From a virus, in the UHGV virus genome UHGV-0200912: a DNA stretch of 44,693 bases. One strand, 5' to 3'. The notes under the pieces were generated by a model that was given only the letters and a program-made list of their open reading frames with translations, ran no database searches and was not told the origin of the DNA. Of this stretch, positions 17,427-27,005 are shown one piece after another. Positions within the stretch are counted from its first letter, which is position 1, and each line of letters starts with the position of its first letter. Both the position numbers and the translations under genes were made by a program.

Positions 17427-17808
17427 GCACCATATACTCCACGCGGCTGTATACTTTAAGAAGCGCCAGCGGGTTGTCGCTGCGCACGAAACCAAACTCC
17501 CCACGGGAATGCAGGCACTTAACGGGGCTTGTCATTACGCCAATATGCGCCGGGACTTCACCACGATAGAAAACCGCAATGCAACCCGACACCGCTGCTG
17601 GTATCGTTCGCCAGTGCTCCACCTCCTGCTCATGGCAAGTAATGAAGTCAGCCCCGGCTTCATACGCTGGAATATGGTGTAACTCAAGTCCCAGCACATG
17701 CCGGTAATACAGAACAACCAGCGCCCAACAATCCATCGAGCCAAAACTGCAGGAGCGGTTAGCCCACGGCTTGCCGGTAACAAGCCGGATAAATTCGTCT
17801 TGCGTCAT
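17413..17808 (-). CDS. tail-associated NlpC/P60 family cysteine peptidase
   Basis: catalytic Cys context SMDCWALVVLYY and downstream His; 131 aa; GTA gp14-like position. Confidence 0.65.
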   Translation of the reverse strand: MTQDEFIRLVTGKPWANRSCSFGSMDCWALVVLYYRHVLGLELHHIPAYEAGADFITCHEQEVEHWRTIPAAVSGCIAVFYRGEVPAHIGVMTSPVKCLHSRGEFGFVRSDNPLALLKVYSRVEYMVHGSI

Positions 17809-18275
17809 GAAGTTTTCAGTCCTGGATAAAGTTCTGTTGTGTAAATAATCGGGTTGGCTAGCGTCAAAGGGTTGGTGAACCCAGCGTCAACAGTCACATT
17901 GTTTGCGTCAGCAGAGATGTCACTCACATACAGCGTCCAGTCTTTCAGGGATGATGCATCGCCGATCGCGTTCCACTGCTGATACAGGCACTTAATCGGC
18001 GTCATACGCGCCGCCCCGCGCCAGCTTTTCAGTGTCTGCCGGACATGCTCCGTCGCGGCGACAAAGGTGATCGTCATGGATATCACTGCCGTTCCGTCCT
18101 GCGCCGGCTCGGTCACGCTGAACCGCGCAGGCTCGAATGAGTTCCCGCCAAACGTCGCCGGACGAAACAGGTTATTTACCACCCGGTAATAACCAAACGC
18201 AGGGTGATAAAACTCCACCGTTTGTTTGATATCGCTTGCCGGCCGCCGCTCTTTCCATTCTCTCAAAGTCGGCAT
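17805..18275 (-). CDS. minor tail protein (GTA gp13-like position)
   Basis: synteny between the distal tail protein and the NlpC/P60 gene; ATGA overlap. Confidence 0.4.
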   Translation of the reverse strand: MPTLREWKERRPASDIKQTVEFYHPAFGYYRVVNNLFRPATFGGNSFEPARFSVTEPAQDGTAVISMTITFVAATEHVRQTLKSWRGAARMTPIKCLYQQWNAIGDASSLKDWTLYVSDISADANNVTVDAGFTNPLTLANPIIYTTELYPGLKTS

Positions 18276-18766
18276 TAGTCAGCCCTCGGCATCACTTCGG
18301 TGATCAGGTAATCCAGCCAATAGCCGTAGCCCGGCTGCGCCTCGACAATCCAGTCGTCATAGTCCTCGGTAATGTCCTCTATACCGTTGCTTATAACCGT
18401 TGCGGTCCAGGTGACAATGTTGCCGTTTTTGCTGGTCTGCACCGGCATGTCGACGAAATGCAGCGTCTGCTGCTGAACGCCCTGCGTATCACCCAGGTCG
18501 ATCGGCATCTGGAACCAGTTGCGTCCGCGGTCGCAGTAGGTCGGCGATCGCAGCCATGACTTAAACCGCTCGGCCTGGGCAAGCGTGAATATCCACTGCA
18601 GCGTCCAGGTTGCTTTAAGGTCCGTAGTGATCGGCGTGATTATCAATGGACCGACTGCCGTCTGCGTCGTCTGCCAGGCTGTATCCTGCGTCATATTCTG
18701 ATCGGCACGCTGGGGCAGTGGCAGGAACGGAGGGTATTGAACTGTTGCCACGTTTCCTCCGGGCAT
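18275..18766 (-). CDS. minor tail protein (distal tail/Dit-like position)
   Basis: first conserved tail gene after the tape-measure region. Confidence 0.4.
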   Translation of the reverse strand: MPGGNVATVQYPPFLPLPQRADQNMTQDTAWQTTQTAVGPLIITPITTDLKATWTLQWIFTLAQAERFKSWLRSPTYCDRGRNWFQMPIDLGDTQGVQQQTLHFVDMPVQTSKNGNIVTWTATVISNGIEDITEDYDDWIVEAQPGYGYWLDYLITEVMPRAD

Positions 18767-18864
18767 AAAAAATGCCGCGGCTGCGGCACTGATCTTTTAT
18801 CAGGATATTACTAAATGTGTCTCGCTGATACTGTGTATTTTTCACACACAGCAAGAGAGGTCAT

Positions 18865-19131
18865 ATGTCTTACACGCACAGCAGGGATTACATGGAGGGA
18901 GGATCAATAGTTTCCGTTCAGTGCTCCCACCAAATCAACGTCCTTGTTATGGATGACGCTGCTTATAACCGATATAAGCGAGGTGAAGGTTGCAAGGTCT
19001 ACGGAGGGTTCTATAAACAATTTCCTGCCAACATTGTGGTGCCGCACTCCGGTCACTGGAATGTCGTTCTGGCTCTCCCTGCCGGGCATCGCGCTACATA
19101 CAGATATTCAATCAACGTAATCAGGCAATAG
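18865..19131 (+). CDS. hypothetical protein on the opposite strand inside the tail module (moron)
   Basis: strong GAGAGG RBS; 88 aa; 3' end overlaps the convergent 19108..19287 gene by 24 nt. Confidence 0.5.
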   Translation: MSYTHSRDYMEGGSIVSVQCSHQINVLVMDDAAYNRYKRGEGCKVYGGFYKQFPANIVVPHSGHWNVVLALPAGHRATYRYSINVIRQ

Positions 19132-19287
19132 CATCTGCCCTTTCGCCTGGAATAATGCCTCCTCAAGGGCGGCAATGATTTTCTGCTGTGTGCCGTCCTT
19201 CAAGTAGCCCAACGACGCCATCCCCTCCTGTTTATCGCTGTCGCGGTACCAGATAACCTCGCCATTAACTTCGATTGCTACTTTCAT
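19108..19287 (-). CDS. small hypothetical protein (59 aa from ATG; the track uses an upstream GTG)
   Basis: GGTGA RBS; lies directly after a terminator; acidic C-terminal helix. Confidence 0.45.
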   Translation of the reverse strand: MKVAIEVNGEVIWYRDSDKQEGMASLGYLKDGTQQKIIAALEEALFQAKGQMLLPDYVD

Positions 19288-19300
19288 TATGTTCACCCAT

Positions 19301-19321
19301 TAAAAAACCCGCCGGAGCGGG
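19301..19321 (-). terminator. rho-independent terminator
   Basis: CCCGC-cgga-GCGGG stem with a T6 run on the minus strand. Confidence 0.6.
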
Positions 19322-19331
19322 TTTGGTTTAG

Positions 19332-19577
19332 TTATTCAATTGCCTGCGGAGACTTAGGAGTATCTTCGATTATAATGTCGAATTTTTTGATATCCCCATC
19401 CTGAGGCGTAATCTTAAATTCAGAGTTAGCCGGGATGATCCCCTCCACAACACTCCCGTTAACCATTTCCAGACGGAATTTTACCGGTCTGTTTTGGCGG
19501 AAAATGGTCGTCTTGCCTATCTCCATACCCCTACTAAAACTTTCTCCAGGCCCATAGATATTATCTTTCCCCATCAA
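19332..19577 (-). CDS. small tail-module protein following the tape-measure gene
   Basis: ATGA overlap with the tape-measure stop; 81 aa. Confidence 0.5.
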   Translation of the reverse strand: MMGKDNIYGPGESFSRGMEIGKTTIFRQNRPVKFRLEMVNGSVVEGIIPANSEFKITPQDGDIKKFDIIIEDTPKSPQAIE

Positions 19578-22500
19578 AACGCTCCTTTTGCTTTACGAGA
19601 TAACCCAAGCGTCGATTGTAGCGTGCTGATGTAAGGCCCATTGCGTTCCGCATCAGAAATCAGGAATTCCAGCACATAATTACCGTCATTCTGAGTGGCC
19701 CCCATGTATTGCGGCTCAGCATTGGACGCTTGATTGTTGATGACTACCTGAACATTCAACCCGCCGCCGCCCTGCATATCCTTATTGCTGATGACCTTCC
19801 CGTTATCGCCAGGGATCATGTACTGCTTGCCGGTGCTGGCCTGGTAAATCTCTGGTTTGCCGCCTTCACCCACCTGGTACATTGAGCCAGCAGATACTGG
19901 ACCACCGTTTTTACGTTTACCGGCCAATGCCATAACGCCAGCCATAGCGCCCAGACCGATAGCAACTGCACCTCCCCATGAAGCTATCGAGGACATGATC
20001 GCAGCTGGAGTCCATGCTGCAGTGGTAGTGGCCGCCGCCGCAGTGCTTGCCGCTGTCTGAGTGGTTATCCCTGCGACTTGTGCGGCAGTAGTTGCTGCTA
20101 TTGCAGTCTGTTGGGTGGTCGCGCCCACAATCGCGTTTCTGGCCCACTCAACACCCATTTGAACGAATGCGTTTACAAGACTGTTCAAAACGGTGCTGGC
20201 AAGTGATTGCGCTGCTTCCTGTGCGCTCATACTTCCTGTAATTATGCCGGTCAGGGCGTTAGAAGCATTACCAGCCAGAGCATCGAATGAAGCAGCGATG
20301 GCCTCATTGCCAAGGCTCTGATTTCGGTAAACCTCCCACATAGCAGCGGTTCTCTGCTGCTCATACTGAGTGTCAGCGGCTTTTTTCAGTGCCAGGGCCT
20401 GAGTGTGAGCAATAACCCCTTGCTGCTCGAACTGCTGAATCAGCGCCAACTCCTGCGCGTGCTGGTTGGCCAGCCGCTGAACTGGATCAATCTCTCCCTG
20501 AGCTTGTTGCTGAGGAGTTGCTACTTGCCCAGCCCGAATTTTTGCCAGATTAACTTGGTGCTGTTGCTCAATCTGCTCGCTAGCCTGATTGTATTGCTGC
20601 TGAGAGATGATCAGATTGCCTTGCGCATCTTTCGCATCCTTGAGGGTTTCAAGTTGCGATTTCTGTGCATTGTAGTCTGCATTTTCTTTAAGCTCAGGAA
20701 CGGCATTGCGCGCCTTAATTGCTGCCGCCGTATCCCAAACAGCAGCCGCGTAATTTCTAGCCTGCTGAACCTGATCGGCTGATGCGGATTTACCGAGTGA
20801 CTGCTCGGCCCTTAGCATCGCCTGTTCCCGGCTTAACTCCTGAGTTGAGCCAGCAGCGAGTTCTGATTGCTGTTTGAGGTTGGCCAGCTTTTGGGCTACA
20901 GATTCCTGCTGGTTAGCAAGTTTCTTAGCCTCAGACGCCGCAGCATTATCTTCCTTCTTCTGATCCTTTCTTGCCTGAGTGTTTCTCTCTGTTGCAGCAT
21001 AATTATCCTGAAGCCTTTTGATTGCTCGATCATCTGTAACGCCTGCATCCTCAGCATCATAGGCTGCCTGCTGCCTGGCTTTTGCTTCCCCCTCCAATTT
21101 TGACAAGGCAAGTCGGCGCTCAGCCTGCTTAATTAACTTCTCGCCTTCTTTCCCGCCCCAGTTTATTTTCAGACTTTCTGAGTTGAAGGCTTTCAGGGCC
21201 TGCGTTGATTGGCCGAGTTTTTCAGCCAGGAATGCCTGGGTTCCACCGAGGAATGACGCTTGCTTTTCAGCTTCAGCGATAGCGATAGCGTTATCTCTGG
21301 CAGCCCTCATCTGATCAACAATGCCCTGATTAACTTGAATGTTAATTAGGTGTAATGCGTCTTCAGTTTGCTTAAGAGTGGCTGTCGCTCCATCCAGATC
21401 CCTGCGCTTTTTGGCCAACTCGTTTGCGGCATCCCTTGCCTTAATCACGAAACCATTATTTTGATCTTCGGTAACTCCGTATTGCCTTGCAAGCGTTGTA
21501 TATTTCTCGTAATCGGATTGCAGACCTGAAATGGTATCTTTCAGATCGCTAATAGCTTCCTTTTGCGCCTCAATTGAGGTGACCGTATCAGCCCTAACGC
21601 CCTGAGCTTGAGCAAGATTCATGTCCTTGAGGCGCTTAATAACGTCAGGTACGGTGTCAGCAAAAGCTATTGCCTCTTTTCTGGCCTCAGCCTGTCGCTG
21701 TGAATACAGATACCAGCCAGCGGCAACAATGGCTATTACGCCAATGGGCCCACCCAAAGGGGCAGTAACCGAATTCACTACCTTCATTGTGTTTGCAAAA
21801 GTTATACCCGTAGCGGCCACTTTGGCTTGTGATGCCGCTAGTGCATTATTAGCCAATGCAGCTTCAGCGGATGTTGCGACATAAATCCCCCTTAGCCGTA
21901 TAACGTTCTCAAGTGCAAAGGCTTCAGCGGCAGATCCTTTTGCTACGTTATACTCCGCAGTTGCCAGATTTAGAGCGGAAAGGGCAGCATCTTTATCTGC
22001 TACTGCTTTTCTGGCTGTTACTGATGCCGCTGCAGCTTCCTGCTGCGCCGATTGCCTTGTCGCAACTATTCCCTGAATTGTTGCTTTCACTCTTGAGGCT
22101 TGAGCGGCTGTTGCCATTGCTAGCGCGCCAGCAAACCTACCACCCATTATTGCAGCAGCGCCAATTAAAGCTGTCCCCAGCGTCTCAAGGTTTTCGCTTA
22201 TTGTAATAACAGAGTCTCGGAACCCTGCTGCGAATGATTTAACCGTTGAGTTTTCGCCAAAGAACTTCGTTACGTTGTTACCGGCCACCTGCAATCCCTT
22301 GGCGATTGAGACGGTGGTGTTGGCAAATTCTTTGCCGATTGCATCCCCTTGTGATAAAAGCCCTTTAACCACAACGTCTGTTGTCAGTTGCCCTTGAGCG
22401 GCCATAGCCCTTAACTGACCGATAGAAACACCCATCGAATCAGCCAGAGCGACCATGAGGCGGCTCCCCTGCTCTGACACTGAGTTAAACTCTTCGCCGC

Positions 22501-23047
22501 GCAGAACGCCGGAAGCGATACCCTGTGATAGCTGAATGATTGCGTTCTCAGCTTCCTGAGCAGTTGCGCCGGATACCGCAAATCCCTGGTTGATAATGGT
22601 GGTAAGGCGGGTTAAGTCTTCTGCGCTGGTGTTGTATGTTCTGGTTCCGCGCTCAAGCCGGGCGTAAAGAGTCGCCGTGCCGTTCAGGGATGACTGGGTT
22701 GCTTGTGAAACATCAAAGATCCGCTGCATAACTTCGGCCTGCGTCTCTCCAGTACGAACCGAGTTAGCGACTTTGTTATTCAGTTCAGTCCAGGCATCGG
22801 CGTAACTCGCAACCTGTTGCACAGAAAGCGCGGCAAGCAAACCTTTAGCAACGCCAGAGAGGCTGGACATTGTCCGCTCCATAGAGCCAATGGAACGTTC
22901 AGTGCGGTTAACACTGGCCTCCAGACGCCCCATGCTCCCATTAAGACCGTTCAGCGCCGCATCAACTTCCCGGCGAGCTGCCAGTAAGCGCGAAGTATCC
23001 ATGTCCACTTCATAGATAACGCTACCAGCATCAAATGTTCCAGCCAT
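19574..23047 (-). CDS. tail tape measure protein
   Basis: about 1157 aa; A/Q-rich coiled-coil centre; TM-like segments; start refined to the ATG with a GGAG RBS at 23047. Confidence 0.85.
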   Translation of the reverse strand: MAGTFDAGSVIYEVDMDTSRLLAARREVDAALNGLNGSMGRLEASVNRTERSIGSMERTMSSLSGVAKGLLAALSVQQVASYADAWTELNNKVANSVRTGETQAEVMQRIFDVSQATQSSLNGTATLYARLERGTRTYNTSAEDLTRLTTIINQGFAVSGATAQEAENAIIQLSQGIASGVLRGEEFNSVSEQGSRLMVALADSMGVSIGQLRAMAAQGQLTTDVVVKGLLSQGDAIGKEFANTTVSIAKGLQVAGNNVTKFFGENSTVKSFAAGFRDSVITISENLETLGTALIGAAAIMGGRFAGALAMATAAQASRVKATIQGIVATRQSAQQEAAAASVTARKAVADKDAALSALNLATAEYNVAKGSAAEAFALENVIRLRGIYVATSAEAALANNALAASQAKVAATGITFANTMKVVNSVTAPLGGPIGVIAIVAAGWYLYSQRQAEARKEAIAFADTVPDVIKRLKDMNLAQAQGVRADTVTSIEAQKEAISDLKDTISGLQSDYEKYTTLARQYGVTEDQNNGFVIKARDAANELAKKRRDLDGATATLKQTEDALHLINIQVNQGIVDQMRAARDNAIAIAEAEKQASFLGGTQAFLAEKLGQSTQALKAFNSESLKINWGGKEGEKLIKQAERRLALSKLEGEAKARQQAAYDAEDAGVTDDRAIKRLQDNYAATERNTQARKDQKKEDNAAASEAKKLANQQESVAQKLANLKQQSELAAGSTQELSREQAMLRAEQSLGKSASADQVQQARNYAAAVWDTAAAIKARNAVPELKENADYNAQKSQLETLKDAKDAQGNLIISQQQYNQASEQIEQQHQVNLAKIRAGQVATPQQQAQGEIDPVQRLANQHAQELALIQQFEQQGVIAHTQALALKKAADTQYEQQRTAAMWEVYRNQSLGNEAIAASFDALAGNASNALTGIITGSMSAQEAAQSLASTVLNSLVNAFVQMGVEWARNAIVGATTQQTAIAATTAAQVAGITTQTAASTAAAATTTAAWTPAAIMSSIASWGGAVAIGLGAMAGVMALAGKRKNGGPVSAGSMYQVGEGGKPEIYQASTGKQYMIPGDNGKVISNKDMQGGGGLNVQVVINNQASNAEPQYMGATQNDGNYVLEFLISDAERNGPYISTLQSTLGLSRKAKGAF

Positions 23048-23063
23048 TTTATTTTCTCCGGGC

Positions 23064-23088
23064 AATAAAAAACCCCGCCGGAGCGAGG
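23064..23088 (-). terminator. rho-independent terminator after the moron pair
   Basis: CCCCGC-cgga-GCGAGG stem then TTTTTTATT on the minus strand. Confidence 0.55.
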
Positions 23089-23113
23089 TTGGTTAATTCA
23101 ATCCATAATTAAA

Positions 23114-23812
23114 TCAATCTTCTCCTAAGCGCACTGCTGAGCATGGAGTAAAACTGTGTGCATCTGAAATATATCCACTGACCTTTTGAGGGTTGTATGC
23201 AACTCTCATTGAACCACCATTGAAGGTTATAGAATACTCTCCATTTTTAAATGATGCCCTTTCACCCTGGTAATACGATTCTCCAATCATAACAAGCGGT
23301 TTATAGCCAGTTGAAAACCCTACACTACCAGCCCATCCACATTCAAGAAGCATGAAAAGATGAGTCTCCTTGAGGAAAAATTTATGTGCCTCTTTACCGC
23401 CCCACGGAATGGATGCAATTCGTTTCATTTGCTCTTTGACGTCTGATTTTGTTCTATCTAGGCCATCTTTGGCGACATCAACTGAGCATTTATCCCACTG
23501 CTCGGTGGTTTTTTTTATTCGGTCAGATATCGCAAAGTTAGATTTGTCCTGGCTAGCGGCAAATACCTTTGTTTTATCATCAATGAAAATCATACCATCT
23601 TTCTTTTCAGTCAGTGGTGGGCTTACTACATAAGAGCCTCCTGGCCTATATGCTGTAAAAGATTTTCCGTTGAATATTACATTTGCGCTGCCTTTAGTGA
23701 GAAGAGTTGGAGGTGAAGAAAAATCCCCGACCGCATACTCACAAACAAGATTTTCATTAGCCACAGCCACGCCTGAGGCCATCAAAAGACTAAGCGCAAT
23801 AAAACCCCTCAT
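23114..23812 (-). CDS. secreted/periplasmic hypothetical protein (moron)
   Basis: signal peptide MRGFIALSLLMASGVAVA from ATG 23812 with a GGGGATAGGGAT RBS; AT-rich; the upstream track extension is Cys-rich junk. Confidence 0.55.
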   Translation of the reverse strand: MRGFIALSLLMASGVAVANENLVCEYAVGDFSSPPTLLTKGSANVIFNGKSFTAYRPGGSYVVSPPLTEKKDGMIFIDDKTKVFAASQDKSNFAISDRIKKTTEQWDKCSVDVAKDGLDRTKSDVKEQMKRIASIPWGGKEAHKFFLKETHLFMLLECGWAGSVGFSTGYKPLVMIGESYYQGERASFKNGEYSITFNGGSMRVAYNPQKVSGYISDAHSFTPCSAVRLGED

Positions 23813-23897
23813 ATCCCTATCCCCATTGGTTTGTTTTGGACAGATTAGCAGGGATAGGAGGGAACGACAAAACCCGCAGCAGTTCACTTAAAAAGGG

Positions 23898-24410
23898 CTA
23901 AACAATGCCGGGCAAGTACAACTGAACTTCATCGGCGGCCCGCTCCCGCGCTGCGTGCAGTAGCTGCTTACGTCCGCCGACTCCCCATTTCGCCATCTGG
24001 CTAGCACACTGGCTAATCGCTTTGGTTTCGGTGTTGATGATATGGTCGATTTTGTTCAGCCGTGACATAGCGTCAATGCCATGACGGATTAGCATCTGGA
24101 ATGTCTCGTATACCTTTATCTCGAATAAGGGGTTAAGCCAAGCAGCATAACGGATGGCAATTAATTCGAGCCCCCATGACCCCTGAAGCGGTCCACCTTT
24201 GATGGTTAACACCGATGCGATTTTCTTCGCATCGCTCAGGGCCTGCACAAACCGCCTTACTTGCTTTGTTTTAAGGAATTCACCGGGTCGCTGTGATTCG
24301 GTGGCTTTGCCTTCAGCCACAGCCGCAGCATGTAGATCGTTCAGGTTGTAGCGACCTGCGCCATCTACGCGAACGGAGACGCCGTTTACTGATACGGTAG
24401 GATATTTCAT
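23898..24410 (-). CDS. KilA-N domain protein (moron)
   Basis: N-terminal VSVRVDGAGRYNLNDLHAAAV is KilA-N-like; inserted between the tail chaperone and tape-measure genes. Confidence 0.5.
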   Translation of the reverse strand: MKYPTVSVNGVSVRVDGAGRYNLNDLHAAAVAEGKATESQRPGEFLKTKQVRRFVQALSDAKKIASVLTIKGGPLQGSWGLELIAIRYAAWLNPLFEIKVYETFQMLIRHGIDAMSRLNKIDHIINTETKAISQCASQMAKWGVGGRKQLLHAARERAADEVQLYLPGIV

Positions 24411-24556
24411 ATCGGTATTACCTTTTAGTGATGAACCTTGTCACACAGGAATCCGGCCCACAGAAAGGCACCGATAGCCAAACCGGTATCCTCAAGGGTC
24501 ATCCTGAAAGGTTCTGTGTGTTGATATGCGCGTGTGAAGCGCGGGGAGTTGCGGGC

Positions 24557-24584
24557 ATAAAAAAGCCCCGGACTATGCCTGGGC
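24557..24584 (-). terminator. rho-independent terminator after the tail chaperone gene
   Basis: GCCCAGG/CCGGGGC stem then TTTTTTAT on the minus strand; shares the GCATAAAAAAGCCCCGG motif with the 39792 terminator. Confidence 0.55.
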
Positions 24585-24588
24585 TGGT

Positions 24589-25266
24589 TTATTTGTTGGC
24601 TTTAGCCTGTCTGCGCTTACGGCGCGCAAAGTAGTCATCAGCTGCATGATCATATTCTTCCCTGGTATACCCTTTCTGATCCGGGTATTTGGCGATGAGC
24701 ATTAACTGAAACTCGGTCATCGTCAGGTTTTCAGCTTCCTCTCTGCTGATCCCGAAGTGGTTGCGTGCAGCAATGACGTAATCGGCAGCCCGGAACTCAC
24801 TGGTTTTTTCATTTGTCTCATGGCGCTGAAGTTTGCGTACTTTGGCCTTTCCGATAATGCCATGCATCATCAGACTTTGTGCAAGGATGACCATATCCTG
24901 CGGATTCATGACGCCCTTATGCCACACAAACGCCCTTCTTTTGGTTTTGCCGGGCTTCATCCAGCCAACCAGATCACCTATGTCATCATTGCAGCAAGCG
25001 GTGAGGACCGTGTGGGCGGCCAGTAGAGATTTCTTATCAAGATGTAAAGCAGAAAGGTGTTTAGCCAGCCATTCAGGCACTCTGCCGTACGCTTCGACAA
25101 CCCTCTGAATGAGAGGTGTTATTTCATCGTTGCAAAGGTCATAGAACGTCTGAACTATTTCTGCTGGCTCGCCAATGCGCGACATAGCCATGAATGATGG
25201 CCGGAAAAAATAATCCCGGTCCCCGACGGTTACCAGGCATTCTCCCAGCTCTTTTAGCGGAACCAT
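24589..25266 (-). CDS. tail assembly chaperone (G/GT-like)
   Basis: between the major tail and tape-measure genes; AGGAGG RBS at ATG 25266; basic C-terminus. Confidence 0.5.
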   Translation of the reverse strand: MVPLKELGECLVTVGDRDYFFRPSFMAMSRIGEPAEIVQTFYDLCNDEITPLIQRVVEAYGRVPEWLAKHLSALHLDKKSLLAAHTVLTACCNDDIGDLVGWMKPGKTKRRAFVWHKGVMNPQDMVILAQSLMMHGIIGKAKVRKLQRHETNEKTSEFRAADYVIAARNHFGISREEAENLTMTEFQLMLIAKYPDQKGYTREEYDHAADDYFARRKRRQAKANK

Positions 25267-25318
25267 TTGCTGCCTCCTGTAAACAAAATCAAGGGCAGGA
25301 TCCTGCCCTTTGTTTTGC

Positions 25319-26071
25319 TTACGCCGTGACAGTAACCACGTGGGTAGCCACGAATTCACCATCAACCGTCTTCACAGTAATTGTTGCTGTTCCCGCCGTT
25401 GCACCTGACGGCGCTGACACGGTTACCGTATTACCAGTGATGGCGACGGTTGCACGTGCCGGCACGGATGAGCTGGCTGTGAACAGTTTGTTATCAGCAT
25501 CTTCCGGTGCAATATTCACTGCGAATGTAGTACTGGAGCCAGCAGCAATAGAGCTGGTCGTCGGCGCAACACTTACACCGGTAACCAGAATGTCACCATC
25601 AGCTTCGGTGATCTGGAAAGTCTGACCGTCAGCCAGTTTGAACTCAAAGCTGTAGGTCACGATTTCTTTTACACCACCACCGTCACTGGCTCCTGATGGG
25701 ACCATATAGCCGATGTGGTAATAATCGCCCCAGTGGAAACGCATCCATACACCTGGCTGGCGGCGGGCACGAACCTCATCGACGATGTATTTCACGAACT
25801 GCTGAATGCCAAACTCATCAGTGCGGTCTTTAACGCGAACCTCCCCTTCGATGGAGTAGGTCGGGTCCAGACTGGCAATCAGGTTTGAACTGAATCCGCC
25901 GTTATCAGCATCAGAGGTCAGGGCCTCCGGGCTAAGGTCCCACGTTGCCGATGTTGGCAACCCCATCAGTTTCCAGTCGCCTTCCGCCGGAAACTGGTCG
26001 GCACAGCCGTAAGCCAGTTCCAGCGTCTTAGCGCGTCCAATTAGTTGTCCGTTGTCGGAGCAGCCTTGCAT
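25319..26071 (-). CDS. major tail protein with C-terminal Ig-like domain (lambda gpV-like)
   Basis: 250 aa; C-terminal T/S/V-rich beta repeats TATITVKTVDGEFVATHVVTVTA. Confidence 0.7.
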   Translation of the reverse strand: MQGCSDNGQLIGRAKTLELAYGCADQFPAEGDWKLMGLPTSATWDLSPEALTSDADNGGFSSNLIASLDPTYSIEGEVRVKDRTDEFGIQQFVKYIVDEVRARRQPGVWMRFHWGDYYHIGYMVPSGASDGGGVKEIVTYSFEFKLADGQTFQITEADGDILVTGVSVAPTTSSIAAGSSTTFAVNIAPEDADNKLFTASSSVPARATVAITGNTVTVSAPSGATAGTATITVKTVDGEFVATHVVTVTA

Positions 26072-26139
26072 CGTTGCTTACCTCGCTTCAGATAATAAAA
26101 AAGGCCGCTCCAGGCGACCTTATGTGGTTTTATTCGGTG

Positions 26140-26532
26140 TTATCCGCCAAAGAGGCAGGCGAACTGCAGGCGCCACACCATACGCCCCTCGGCTGTGATA
26201 ACAGGCGAAGGAATTCCGCCCATGTTGGATATCTGCCCAAGGCAGGTGTGCGTCATCGGGTTTTGCTGCACGTAATCGATGATGGCCTGAGCGTCGTTCT
26301 CTGACTGCGCATAGTCAGCAGATGCCTTTCCCTTGCTTATCACGTCCACCATGACGTAGTAATCAGCGGCCATATCACGATCTACTGGCGTGCCACCATT
26401 TGGTCGGAACACAATAAAGCGGTCAGATGCCTTGCCGGTATCATTCCATGACAGTGACTGAACGATGTATCCGGCAGTCAATCCTGACTCAACAAAGACA
26501 TTTCGAACCCGCCTGTACATAGGAGGTGTCAT
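26140..26532 (-). CDS. putative tail terminator or tail-tube joining protein
   Basis: synteny upstream of the major tail gene. Confidence 0.4.
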   Translation of the reverse strand: MTPPMYRRVRNVFVESGLTAGYIVQSLSWNDTGKASDRFIVFRPNGGTPVDRDMAADYYVMVDVISKGKASADYAQSENDAQAIIDYVQQNPMTHTCLGQISNMGGIPSPVITAEGRMVWRLQFACLFGG

Positions 26533-26954
26533 AGCTCCATCTCCCTGCGTATAACTGCGTCAACTCTGTCTCTGGCGTTTTCAGCACCTTTCTCAAGGAA
26601 TTTTGGCTCGCCTGATGTATCCCATATATTTCCACGGGAGCCGGGCGCTTCGCCTTTTCTTACAGGACGCGGGGTGTTTTTACCAAGATGAATACCTTTG
26701 GCCTCATGCACGTACGCCGCATAATTTGCAGAATAACCAATTCTCCCGGTTAGTCTGGTGCCCTTGATAACAACCTCTCTAAACTGAGAGTTAACCAGAG
26801 TGCTGGTATCGATAGGAACCAGCACCGCGGACTCCAGCCCAATCTCAAACAGAGCAGAGTAGAGCGCCCGCATGGTTTTTCGCTTTTCGATATTATCAAT
26901 CAGCCGGTTGATATTATTGCTGACCTTGGAGACTCCCCGAACTTTAACGCCCAT
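26529..26954 (-). CDS. head-tail joining protein, HK97 gp10-like
   Basis: size and synteny; ATGA overlap. Confidence 0.45.
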   Translation of the reverse strand: MGVKVRGVSKVSNNINRLIDNIEKRKTMRALYSALFEIGLESAVLVPIDTSTLVNSQFREVVIKGTRLTGRIGYSANYAAYVHEAKGIHLGKNTPRPVRKGEAPGSRGNIWDTSGEPKFLEKGAENARDRVDAVIRREMEL

Positions 26955-27005
26955 AATCAGATTCCAGACGTAAAAAAGGCCGCCGTAGCGACCTTGTTTT
27001 GTGAA

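Noticed and set aside
19857-22206. Several 60-125-aa ORFs on both strands inside the tape-measure gene
   Set aside because: They are antisense or out-of-frame reads of a repetitive A/Q-rich coding region. They have no RBS and low-complexity products.
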